From positions 160,001-224,000 of the forward strand of contig CAVWWD010000006.1 in the NCBI GenBank assembly GCA_963758635.1: 64,000 nt of DNA, given 5' to 3'. The notes under the pieces are model-generated. The model was not told the DNA's origin and ran no database searches. It saw only the letters and a program-made list of their open reading frames with translations. Below are positions 46,026-55,612 of the stretch, in pieces. The stretch is from an uncultured Candidatus Rokubacteria bacterium. Lineage in GTDB: Bacteria; Methylomirabilota; Methylomirabilia; Rokubacteriales; CSP1-6. How positions within the stretch are numbered: position 1 is the stretch's first letter; each line of letters opens with the position of its first letter. A program made the position numbers and the translations under genes.

Positions 46026-46814
46026 GCCCCGTCTCCCGGCGCGACCGCGCGCCGCCTCCGCCTCCGCGGTGACGGGCTTCTTCGGCTTCCGCGCGAAGAT
46101 CCACGCCGACACGATCCCGATCTCGTACAGCAGGCACAGCGGGCCGGCCATCAGGCTCTGGTTCAGGATGTCCGGGGTCGGCGTGAGGACGGCGGCGATG
46201 ACGAAGTTGATGAGGATCGCGTACTTCCGGTTCTTCGAGAGGAAGCGCGGCGTGACGATGCCCATCATCGATAGCACGGTGAGGATCAGCGGAAGCTCGA
46301 AGACCAGGCCGAACGCCAGCGTGAACTTCAGCACGAAGTCCACGTGGTTGGACACCGAGATCATGTCCTTGATGCCCTGCTGCTGGCCGAAGCCCACGAG
46401 GAACGTGATCGCGAACGGCACCACGACGAGCAGCGCGAAGGAGGCGCCGGCGAGGAACAGGAGCGACCCGACGATCACGAAGGGCCCGGCGTAGCGTCGC
46501 TCGTGCTTGTGAAGGCCCGGCGCCACGAAGGCCCACACCTGCCAGAGGATGACGGGCATGGCGAGGACGAGCCCGCCCACCATGGAGATCTTCATGCTGG
46601 TCCAGAACGCCTCGGTGGGCGAGAGGAACACCAGCGTCGATCCCGCCTTGGTCAAGGGCCGCGAGATGAACTTGATGATGCAGGTCGGAGAAGCGGAAGG
46701 CGACCAGGAGCCCGATCAGCGTCGGGATGAGGCTCCAGATGATGCGGGTGCGGAGCTCCCGAGGTGCTCCAGGAACGACATCTTGCCGTCTTCGTGCTCG
46801 AGCTCCTCAGCCAT
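46022..46814 (-). CDS. tatC: Twin-arginine translocase subunit TatC, frameshifted
   Basis: MSFLEHL, WQVWAFVAPGL, FGLVFELP, AAVLTPTPD, LLYEIGI. Confidence 0.9.
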
Positions 46815-46828
46815 CGCCGATCGCGTCC

Positions 46829-47614
46829 TCACCACTCGGTGACGAAGTGCCGGAGTTGGCCCACGCCGCGCCCGGCCTGGAAGCCTTCCTGGATGGCGCG
46901 GGTCACGTACGCCTTGGCCTCGCGGACGGCCTCGGCGCAGGACGTTGCCGCGGGCGAGGCCAGCGGCGATGGCGGCGGAGTAGGTGCAGCCGGTGCCGTG
47001 AGTGTTCACCGAGTCGACACGCGGCACCGAGAACGTGGTCAGCGCCTTTCCGTTCCAGAGCACGTCCACGGCGTCGCCCTTCAGGTGCCCGCCCTTGACG
47101 AGCACGCTCCGGGGGCCCATGGCGTGGATGCGCCGGGCCGCCTCCTCCATGTCCTCCGGCGTGGTCACCGGCATGCCGGTCAGGGCCTCGGCCTCCGGCA
47201 GGTTCGGCGTGACCACCAGGGCCAGCGGCAGGATCCGGCCGATCGAGGCTCCGCGCGTCGGGCTGCAGGCGGGCACCGCTGGACTTGGCGACCATCACGG
47301 GATCCACCACCAGGTGGTCAAGCCGGTGCGCGGCGACGTCGGTCACGACCGCCTCGATGATCGCCGCCGTCGAGAGCATCCCGACTTGACGGCGTCGGCG
47401 CCAAGTCCGACAGCACGGACTCGATCTGCCTGGCCACGAGGGCGGGGGAGAGGTCTCCACCGCCCTGCACGCCCCCGGAATTCTGGGCGGTCACGCCGTG
47501 ACCGCCCGACATGCCGAGCACGCGGCGCGCGCTGAACGTCATCAGGTCCGCCTGTATCCCCGCCCCGCCGCCGGAGTCCGATCCGGCGATCGTGAGCGCG
47601 CGGGGTATGCGCAT
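46829..47614 (-). CDS. thiD: Hydroxymethylpyrimidine/phosphomethylpyrimidine kinase, frameshifted
   Basis: [40 protein letters not shown]. Confidence 0.9.
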
Positions 47615-47823
47615 GGCCTACTAGTATACGAGGATGACGCGGGTGACGCCACCGGGCGCTGCCCGGCGGACCGCCCTGGTCTACACTCGCCCCCATGCCA
47701 CCCTGCCTCTCCCCGACGCTTCGGGTCGGGGCGCGACGAGCGTGCCGGCGGCGAGGCGGCAGGAAAGCAGGACCGGCGGGGCGCGAGAGGGCGTTTGCCG
47801 GGCTCGCGCCGGCGCGCCGGGGG

Positions 47824-48537
47824 CTAGTCTGGCTCGGGCCGATGGCCGGCGGGGGCGGCGCGGGGATCAGGAGCGTGATCTCGCCGCGGACGGGCGCGGC
47901 GCCGAAGCGCTCGCGGAGCGCGTCCGGCGTGCCCTGCACGATCTCCTCGAACTGCTTGGTCAGTTCGCGCGCGACGATGATCTCCGTGTCGCCGAACACC
48001 TGAGGCCGATGGCCTCGAGCGGCCACGAGCAGCCGATGCGGCGACTCGTAGCAGACCCGGTGACGGGTCGAGGTCGCGCAGGGCTTCGCAGCCGGTGGAT
48101 GCGGCGGCCCGGCTTCACAGGCAGGAAGCCGTCGAAGACGAAGCGATCGGCGGCCAGGCCCGCGGCGGACAGCGCGGTCACCACCGCGGGAGGGGCCCGG
48201 GGATGGGGTACCACGGGCGAGGGCCGGCCGCGCGCGCCTGGCGCACCAGCAGCACGCCCGGATCGGAAATGCCGGGCGTCCCGGCGTCGGTGACGAGCGC
48301 TACCGAGCGGCCGTCGCCGCAGCGCGCCCAGTACCAGCTCGCCCGTGCTCCGCTCGTTGTCCTCGAAGTAGCGAGTGACGGGCGCGTGGCTGTCGTATCG
48401 CGACGAGGGCTGAGCACGTCCGGCGCGTGTCCTCGGCGGCGACGACGTCGGCCTCGCGCAGGACTCGCCGCGCGGAGCGTGATGTCCTCGAGGTTGCCGA
48501 TCGGCGTGGCGACCACGTAGAGCGTGCCCGGGCTCAC
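47824..48537 (-). CDS. rsmI: 16S rRNA C1402 2'-O-methyltransferase, frameshifted
   Basis: LYVVATPIGNLEDITLR, LVTDAGTPGISDPG, ARELTKQFEE. Confidence 0.88.
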
Positions 48538-48608
48538 GGGAGCATCGCCACCCCGCGCAGACACATCACGCTCCACACGACCAGGACCACGAGCCTCACG
48601 GTGTTCAT
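48534..48608 (-). CDS. 24-aa hydrophobic small ORF
   Basis: AAGGAGG RBS; MNTVRLVVLVVWSVMCLRGVAMLP; stop overlaps rsmI GTG (GTGA). Confidence 0.4.
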   Translation of the reverse strand: MNTVRLVVLVVWSVMCLRGVAMLP

Positions 48609-48724
48609 GCGCGCTGGCCTCCTTCTCCGGACGTGAGCTCCGACGCAGCGGGACGGCGGTCGACACTCTAGCACTCCGGACGGCGAGACGGACGGCGCCG
48701 TGCTCGCCGCGCCCGAAGGCCGGG

Positions 48725-49987
48725 TCAGCCGGGGAGCTGGGGAAGCTCCAGCTGACGCCCGGCGGGACGCGGCGAAGCGCCCGCGGCCCCCCGCGCGCGG
48801 CCGCGCCGCCCGCGCTCCGCGGAGGCGCGCCGGACTCGTGGCGGCGGAAAGCTCGCGCGTAGCCCCGGCGCGGTGGCCTGGAAGAGCATCTCGGCGTCCG
48901 GAAGTCCGGGCAGCCGGTGCCGCCCGAGGCTGCGGAAGCGGATGCGCGCCGGCGCGGACTTCCCGACCGCGGCCATCGTCGCCGCGGACACGACGATCTG
49001 CCCGCCGTGGGCCGCCGCGCAGAGCCGTGCCGTGGCGTGCACGGCGAGCCCGATGTAGCCCACGTCGGTCAGCGTGGGGCGGCCGCTGTGGATCCCCACG
49101 CGCACGCGCACCTCGAGCCCGTCGGGCCAGGCTCGCCCGGCGAGGCCGCGCTGGACGGCCACGGCCGCCTCGAGGGCGGCGGCCGGGCGCTCGAACACGC
49201 CGAAGAACTCGTCGGCCCGCGCGTCGATCTCGCGCCCGCCGGCCTGCAGCACCGCGGTGCGGACGACGCCCCGCACGTCGTTCAGCAGGGCGCCGTAGCC
49301 GTCGCCCAGCTTGCGCACGAGGGCCGTCGACGCCTCCATGTCGGTCATGAGGAGGGTGACGAAGCCGGTGGGCAGCGTGGCGGCGTCGCTCGCCGTGGCC
49401 TCGAGCTCGGCGTGCAGCCGCTCCTTCTCCACCACGAAGCGCACCGCGGCGAGCACGCTCTCCGCGAGCGCGGGATCGTCGCGGAGCGCGGGATCGTGCA
49501 CGATCGCGGTCATCTGTCGGCCCCGGCGCTCGAGGTACGTCACGCCGCGCCCGCTCCCGTCGGCGGGTAGCGGCACCGGCGTGCCCGCGCCGTCCACGTA
49601 CGCGCCGGCCGCGTCGGACCAGTGCAGCACGGCGAGGCTCGGATCGCGCAGCACCGTCCGCAGCCGCTGCTCGATCTCGCCGGGGGCGGGGTTCTGGCCC
49701 AGCTCGATGACCAGGCGTCCGGCGGTGGCGTCACGGCGCTCGGTGCGGAGCTGCCCGGTGATGAAGCCCACCGGCACGATGCGGTACTTCTTCGCCGCGT
49801 TCAGCAGCCGCTTGCGGGCCCCGTCGCGGGCCGCGTCGTCCTCGAAGGCGACACGGCTGAACCGGGCGAGGGCGTTCTTCACGTGCGCCCTGTCGTGGAT
49901 GGGCAGCCGCCGCCGGCCGCGCGAGTCGATGTACGCGAAGGCCCGGTCCGGCAGCCGCGCGCGCTTCTTCGCCTTGAGCCGGGCCAT
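48725..49987 (-). CDS. Class III nucleotide cyclase with N-terminal DUF6582-like domain
   Basis: LPDRAFAY..RRLPIHDRAHVKNALARF; TLLMTDMEAST, RVGIHSG, ARLCAAAHGGQI. Confidence 0.8.
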   Translation of the reverse strand: MARLKAKKRARLPDRAFAYIDSRGRRRLPIHDRAHVKNALARFSRVAFEDDAARDGARKRLLNAAKKYRIVPVGFITGQLRTERRDATAGRLVIELGQNPAPGEIEQRLRTVLRDPSLAVLHWSDAAGAYVDGAGTPVPLPADGSGRGVTYLERRGRQMTAIVHDPALRDDPALAESVLAAVRFVVEKERLHAELEATASDAATLPTGFVTLLMTDMEASTALVRKLGDGYGALLNDVRGVVRTAVLQAGGREIDARADEFFGVFERPAAALEAAVAVQRGLAGRAWPDGLEVRVRVGIHSGRPTLTDVGYIGLAVHATARLCAAAHGGQIVVSAATMAAVGKSAPARIRFRSLGRHRLPGLPDAEMLFQATAPGLRASFPPPRVRRASAERGRRGRARGAAGASPRPAGRQLELPQLPG

Positions 49988-50069
49988 GCGTCAACCATAG
50001 CCCGCTTCCCTCGGCGGCGCGAGATCGTGGCTCGGGTCGCGGAGCGCTTTGGGCCGGCGGGCCGGCGCG

Positions 50070-51624
50070 CTACGGGCGGTGGCCGCGCGTCTTCGGGCCG
50101 AGCCGGGTGGCCTCGATCTCGTAGGCGAGCGACACCCAGTCGGTCAGCAGCGGGCGGGTGTCGCGCGGGTCGATGATCTCCTCGATGTTGAAGACCTCGG
50201 CGGCGCGGAACGGCGAGCGCACCGCGTTCAGGCGCGCCTCGATCTCGCGCATGAGCTGCGCGCGGTCCGGCGCCGCGGCCAGCTCGCGCTTGTACGCGGC
50301 CTCGATCCCGCCCTCGAGCGGCAGCGAGCCCCAGTCGCCCGACGGCCACGCGTAGCGCAGGTTCAGCGCCTGCACGTTGCCGTGGCCGGCGCCGGCCACG
50401 CCGAACACCCGGCGCACGATGATCGATACCCACGGCACGGTCGCCTGGTAGACGGCGGCGAGCGCGCGCACGCCCTTGCGGATGGTCGAGGCGCGCTCGG
50501 CGGGCGTGCCGATCAGGAAGCCGGGCTGGTCGACGAAGTGCACCACCGGCAGATGGAACGTGTCGCACAGGTCGGCGAAGCGGGTCAGCTTCTCCGAGCC
50601 GTCCGCGGTGAGCGCGCCGCCCGCGTGCTTGGGATCGGACGCGAGCACGCCCACCGGATAGCCATGAAGCCGCGCGAGGCCGGTGACGAGCGAGCCGCCC
50701 CACGTGCGGCCGATCTCGAAGAACGAGCCGCGATCGACCACGTGGCCCACGAGCGCGCGCGGATCGTACCCGCGGCGGCGGTTCCGGGGCATGAAGGACA
50801 GGAGCGCCTCGTCGCGGCGCTCCGGGGTCGTCCTCCGGCGCCGACCGCGGCGGCAGCTGCCAAACGTTCGACGGCAGGTAGCCGAGGAAGCGGCGGATCT
50901 GGTCGAAGGCCTCGGCTTCCGAGTCCACCACGTTGTCCACGGTGCCGTTGCCGCCGTGGATCTCGACGCCGCCCAGCTCCTCCTTGCCCACCGGCGTGCC
51001 GAAGGCGCGCTCCACCACCGGCGGCCCCGCCACGAACACCTGCGAGACGCCGCGGACCATGAGCGAGAAGTGCGCGTGCGCCACGCGCGCGGCGCCCAGC
51101 CCGGCCGTCGGCCCGAGCGCCGCCGCCACCACCGGCACCTCGGACATCATCGCCACGATCAGGTCCCAGCCGGGGTTGCCGGGCACGTAGGTGCGGCCCG
51201 TCTGCTCGTACGTCTTCACGCTGCCCCCGCCCCCGGTGCCGTCCACCAGCCGCACGATGGGCAGGCGCAGCTCGCGGGCCATCCGCTCGCCGTAGACCTG
51301 CTTGGCGTGGATGGCCGCGTCGGCCGCGCCGCCGCGCACGGTGAAGTCGTCGCCGCACACCACGACGCGGCGGCCGCCGATCCGCCCAGCGCCGAGCACG
51401 GAGTTGGCGGGCAGGAAGCTCTCGAGCGCGCCGTCGGCGTAGGTGGCCTTGCCGGCGAGCCCGCCCGTCTCGTGGAACGAGCCCGCGTCGAGCAGGCCGT
51501 CGACGCGCTCGCGCACGGTGAGGCGCCCGGCCTTGTGCTGGCGCTCGACGTTCTCCGCCCCGCCCATGCGGCGCGCAAGCTCCAGGCGACGCTTCAGCTC
51601 ATCGACCTCTGGTTCCCAGCTCAC
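50070..51624 (-). CDS. Acyl-CoA carboxylase carboxyltransferase subunit (frameshift near 50822)
   Basis: GRLTVRER, DDFTVRGG, EELGG, DQPGFLIG, IIDPRDTR. Confidence 0.9.
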
Positions 51625-51676
51625 GACAAGCTCCTCCGGGGGACGAAGACGTGGAAGCGGCCGCAGGATTCCGCGG

Positions 51677-52249
51677 TCAGCGCGAACTCGTGGGCTTGAC
51701 CTTGCCGCCGCTCGACTCGTACTCCGCCACGGCCTTCTTGAGATCGCGGTACTCGGAGCACGGCAGGAAGCAGAGCGAGTCGAGCCGCCCCAGGTGCTCC
51801 TTGGCCTTGGGGAGGTTCCCGAGGGTCAGGTACGCCTCGCCGATGTACTCGTGGGCGCCCTTGTGCTTCGGATCGACGGCGAGAGCCTTCTCGTAGAGCG
51901 GGATCGACTTGGCCGCGTCGCCGTTCATCCGCGTCGCGTAGGCGAGCCAGTTCAGCGCGTCGGCGTTCTTGCCGTCTGTGGCCACCACGCCCTCGAGGAG
52001 CGGGATGGCGCCCGCGTAGTCCTTGGCCTTGATGGCCTTGACGCCAGCGGAGTAGGCGGGATCCTCGGGTGCCGCCGATGACCTCGTCGTCGTCCCCTCG
52101 CCCGCCGCCGGCGGCGCCGGCAGCAGCACGGCGGCCGTCACGAAGGCCAGGCTCGCGACGAAGCCGGCGAGGGTACCTGGTCGAATCCGGCTGATCGATC
52201 GGGCAATCGTCTCGGACAGTGTCTGGCTCAGGCGGGCAGTCAGGCTCAT
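51677..52249 (-). CDS. Exported TPR protein
   Basis: NADALNWLAY, HKGAHEYIGEAYL, CFLPC. Confidence 0.75.
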   Translation of the reverse strand: MSLTARLSQTLSETIARSISRIRPGTLAGFVASLAFVTAAVLLPAPPAAGEGTTTRSSAAPEDPAYSAGVKAIKAKDYAGAIPLLEGVVATDGKNADALNWLAYATRMNGDAAKSIPLYEKALAVDPKHKGAHEYIGEAYLTLGNLPKAKEHLGRLDSLCFLPCSEYRDLKKAVAEYESSGGKVKPTSSR

Positions 52250-52384
52250 GCGGGCCTCCTTGGGTCGGGTCGTATCGGCCGTCGAATCACGGTCGGACGG
52301 CTCCCATCCTCTGCCCTCCCGGCCGGTGTCGCAAGGGGTGTGCTATACCGGTGCCTCGGGGCCAGCCGCCCCAGGGAGGCGCGC

Positions 52385-53557
52385 ATGCTGAAGGTCACGC
52401 AGAACCTCACGATGCCGACCGCGATCACCGGATCCTACCCTCGTCCGCTCTGGTTCGACGAGAGCCTGCACGGGCGGTCGTTCAAGTCCGCGCTGGGCGA
52501 CTCGATCTTCCGCGAGCAGTACATGGACGCGGTAGCCTGCGTGATCAACGCGCAGGAGGCCGCGGGCCTCGACATCGTCACCGACGGCGACACCCGCTTC
52601 GACCTCGCGGTGGGCGGCAAGTCCTGGTTCTTCTACCCCATCGAGCGCCTCGGCGGCATCGACGGCCACCGCGACACCTCGCGCGGGTGGATGTCGCGGC
52701 ACGGCCTCCGTCCCGGGCGTATCCTCTGGGAGGTGCAGGAGGCCTACCAGCCCGGCGTGGTGCGGGGGAAGCTCACGCGCGGCCCGCTCGAGTTCGCCGC
52801 GCTCTGGAAGGTGGCGCAGCGCCTCTCCGATCGTCCCGTGAAGTTCGGCACGATCTGCGCCCCCGCGCTGGCGAGCATGCTGTGGAACGAGCACTACACG
52901 GACGACCGCGCGATGATCCTGGACCTCTGCGACATCATGAACGCCGAGCTCCGCGAGCTGGCCGCCGCGGGGTGCCCCCTGATCCAGATCGAGGAGCCGC
53001 CGCACCACGGCCGCACCACGCGCCCCGACTGCACCGACGAGGACCTCGAGTTCCTCACCGAGGCGTTCAACCGCCAGCTTGCCGGCGTGGACGCCGAGAT
53101 CTGGGTGCACACCTGCTGGGGCAATCCCAACCAGCAGCGCGTGTACTGGGAGCCCCCCAGCTACGAGCGCGCGCTGCCGTACCTGCTGCGGCTCGACGGC
53201 GACGTGATCACCTTCGAGGCCGCGAGCTCGGACGGCAAGGAACTCGCGCTCTTCTCGAAATACCGGACCGACAAGAAGATCGGCATCGGCGTGGTGAACC
53301 ACTGCAACACGGTGGTGGAGCCGCCCGAGCACGTCGCGCGGCTGATCCGGAAGGCCCTCGAGCACATCCCGCCGGAGCGCCTCGTCATCACCACCGACTG
53401 CGGCTTCGGCCGCGAGGGGCTCAGCCGGCGCATCGCGTACTACAAGTGCGTGTCGCTCGTGGAGGGCACCAACATCGTGCGGCGCGAGCTGGGTCTGCCC
53501 GAGGCGCGCGTGCGCGCCGCCGACCCGCGGCTCTACTTCGCCAGCACCGACGCGTAG
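52385..53557 (+). CDS. Cobalamin-independent methionine synthase II-family protein
   Basis: TGSYPRP, GLDIVTDG, HTCWGN, TDCG zinc ligands. Confidence 0.88.
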   Translation: MLKVTQNLTMPTAITGSYPRPLWFDESLHGRSFKSALGDSIFREQYMDAVACVINAQEAAGLDIVTDGDTRFDLAVGGKSWFFYPIERLGGIDGHRDTSRGWMSRHGLRPGRILWEVQEAYQPGVVRGKLTRGPLEFAALWKVAQRLSDRPVKFGTICAPALASMLWNEHYTDDRAMILDLCDIMNAELRELAAAGCPLIQIEEPPHHGRTTRPDCTDEDLEFLTEAFNRQLAGVDAEIWVHTCWGNPNQQRVYWEPPSYERALPYLLRLDGDVITFEAASSDGKELALFSKYRTDKKIGIGVVNHCNTVVEPPEHVARLIRKALEHIPPERLVITTDCGFGREGLSRRIAYYKCVSLVEGTNIVRRELGLPEARVRAADPRLYFASTDA

Positions 53558-53577
53558 CCGGATCGTATACTTGCTCG

Positions 53578-53865
53578 GTGCAGTTCGAATGGGATTCGGA
53601 CAAGGCCGCTGCGAATCTAAAACAGCATAGGGTTAGTTTCAGCGAAGCGGCCAGCGTTCTGGAGGATCCCCTATCGACGACGTTCACAGACGACGCTCAC
53701 TCCGAGGTCGAGGCACGCTTCCTGACGATCGGCGCGTCCCACCGGGGGCGCGTCGTGGTTGTGGCTCACACAGAGCGAGAGGACTCCATCCGTATCATCA
53801 GCGCCCGCCGAGCGACGAGGCGCGAACGAGAATTCTATGAGCAAGGCGAAGCAAACAGAGGGTGA
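53578..53865 (+). CDS. brnT: BrnT-family ribonuclease toxin
   Basis: FEWDSDKAAANLKQHRVSF, IRIISARRAT. Confidence 0.9.
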   Translation: MQFEWDSDKAAANLKQHRVSFSEAASVLEDPLSTTFTDDAHSEVEARFLTIGASHRGRVVVVAHTEREDSIRIISARRATRREREFYEQGEANRG

Positions 53866-54142
53866 CCTCAGAACCGAGTACGACTTCGCGTCGATGAGAG
53901 GCGGCATTCGGGGGAAGTACGTCGCCCGCCTGCGCAAAGGAAGCAACCTCGTTCTGCTCGAACCAGAGGTCGCGGCTGCTTTCCCATCGGCGGCGGCAGT
54001 CAATGAGGCGCTTCGCGGCGTCCTCAACACTACGAGAGCGGTGCGTGGGAAAGGAGGACTGCCGAACAAGGCGCTCCAGCCGCCGCGCCGCACCTCACTC
54101 CGCAGGAAGATCGCCAGGCGAGTCGGCGTGACTCGCGGCTGA
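53837..54142 (+). CDS. BrnA-like antitoxin
   Basis: LRTEYDF..RGKY, LEPEVAAAF, VNEALR; overlaps toxin. Confidence 0.75.
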   Translation: MSKAKQTEGDLRTEYDFASMRGGIRGKYVARLRKGSNLVLLEPEVAAAFPSAAAVNEALRGVLNTTRAVRGKGGLPNKALQPPRRTSLRRKIARRVGVTRG

Positions 54143-54155
54143 CCTCTCGTTCTAG
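54061..54155 (+). mobile_element. Degenerate attC site
   Basis: GCCGAAC-AAGGC-GCTCCAGCCG left arm; CGGCTGACC-TCTC-GTT right arm; R' tail degenerate. Confidence 0.55.
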
Positions 54156-54295
54156 CGGTCGCGCCGCGAGCGGTTGGGACCTGACATGTGGGCCGTGTTC
54201 CTCAGCCGGACGATCCTGGCGTCCGTGGCCGCGGTCATCCCTGACGCCGGCAATCCTCGGCTCTACCCGCTCGCGCGCGCTGAAGATTGGAGGTG

Positions 54296-55305
54296 ATGCG
54301 CGGTGCCGTATGCGTCAGCCGTGTCGACCGTCCTCGCCCTGCTGCTACTCGTTGCGCCTCTCGCCGCCGAGGCGCAGCCCGGCAAGATCTGGCGCATCGG
54401 GTGGTTGTGGGATGGTGTGGCGGGCGAGCCCCCAGCGAGCCTGGCTCCGCCAGGGGCTCCGCGAGGCTGGCCTGATCGAGGGACAGAACATCGCGATGGA
54501 ATATCGCACCGGGCCGTCGGGTTCCGTGGAGCAGCGCCGCGTGGCGCTCAGGAGCCTGGCGGCAGATCTCGTTCGCGCCCACGTCGACCTGATCATCGCC
54601 AATCCCGCCGAGGCTGCTACCCAAGCAAGGCAGACGCAGACGGTTCCCATCGTCTTCGCCGGCGTGAGCGACCCGATCCGGTTGGGATTCGCGGTCACCC
54701 TGACGCGTCCGGGCCGAAACATGACCGGCCTGTCCTATCTCGGCCTCGAATTGAACACCAAGCGCCTGGAGATGCTGAGGGAGGTCGCAGCCACGGCGAC
54801 TCGGATCGGGGTCCTCGTCGCCGCGAACCATCCCACTCGCGAACGTCAGTTGCAGGACATCGACGCCGCCGCCCGGTCTCTCGGCGTGCAGCTTCACACC
54901 GTCGACATCACGCAAGACATGGAACTTCCGCGCACCCTCGAAGCCGCGTTCGAGGCGCTCAAGCGTGAGCGCGTGGGTGCCGTGATCGGGCTGCAGGGTC
55001 CGGGATTCTTTCGAGAACGACAGCGGATCGCCGATCTGTTGCTGCGGCACCGGCTGCCGGGAATCTTCGAACTCGGCGAGTTCGTCGAGGCCGGATGTCT
55101 GATGGCGTATGCGCCCAGCCTGCCTGACATCTACCGGCGCGCGGCGCACTACGTTGACAAGATCCTGAGAGGCGCCCAACCGGCGGACCTCCCCATCGAA
55201 CAACCCACCAAGTTCGAGCTGGTGATCAACGTCAAGACCGCCAAGGCGCTCGGCCTCACGATCCCGGCGTCGCTTCTCCTCCGAACCGATAAGGTCATTG
55301 AGTGA
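54296..55305 (+). CDS. ABC transporter substrate-binding protein (ABC_sub_bind family), frameshifted N-terminus
   Basis: AAEAQPGKIWRIG, PGRNMTG, DLPIEQPTKFELVINVKTAKALGL. Confidence 0.88.
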
Positions 55306-55612
55306 AGCCTGGCGGTCCAAGATCAAGCGGCAAGGCACCGAGGCCCTCCCTTGGCGGTGGTCGGCCCGCCTGCGCGTGGAGCAGTACACGACGCGATGAT
55401 CGTGAATCCTGAGGGAGGCCGGGCACCAGTCACCCCCGCGGGAAGCACTCGCACGCCTCGCCATGCGAGAATGTCGCTGGATCGAGGGCCGGATTCGGTC
55501 AGTGACGTAAGGCGGCCCCGGCCCCCGACGTTCTGATCCGCGTCGCGCTCGCGATCAAGCCGCCGAATCGACTGGGCCCGCGCTCGCGCTCTCGGAGGTT
55601 GGAGGTGTCGGT

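Noticed and set aside
45411..46655. Apparent TatC-helicase fusion
   Set aside because: The ATGA overlap at 46022-46025 and other indels in tatC suggest two genes joined by a frameshift
47682..48003. TACACT-7-ATG ORF on the plus strand
   Set aside because: The translation has no protein-like features and overlaps rsmI antisense, so it cannot be supported
46700..48500. Dense frameshifts in tatC, thiD and rsmI as programmed frameshifting or gene decay
   Set aside because: They hit conserved housekeeping genes without slippery sites; low-quality consensus is the simpler explanation
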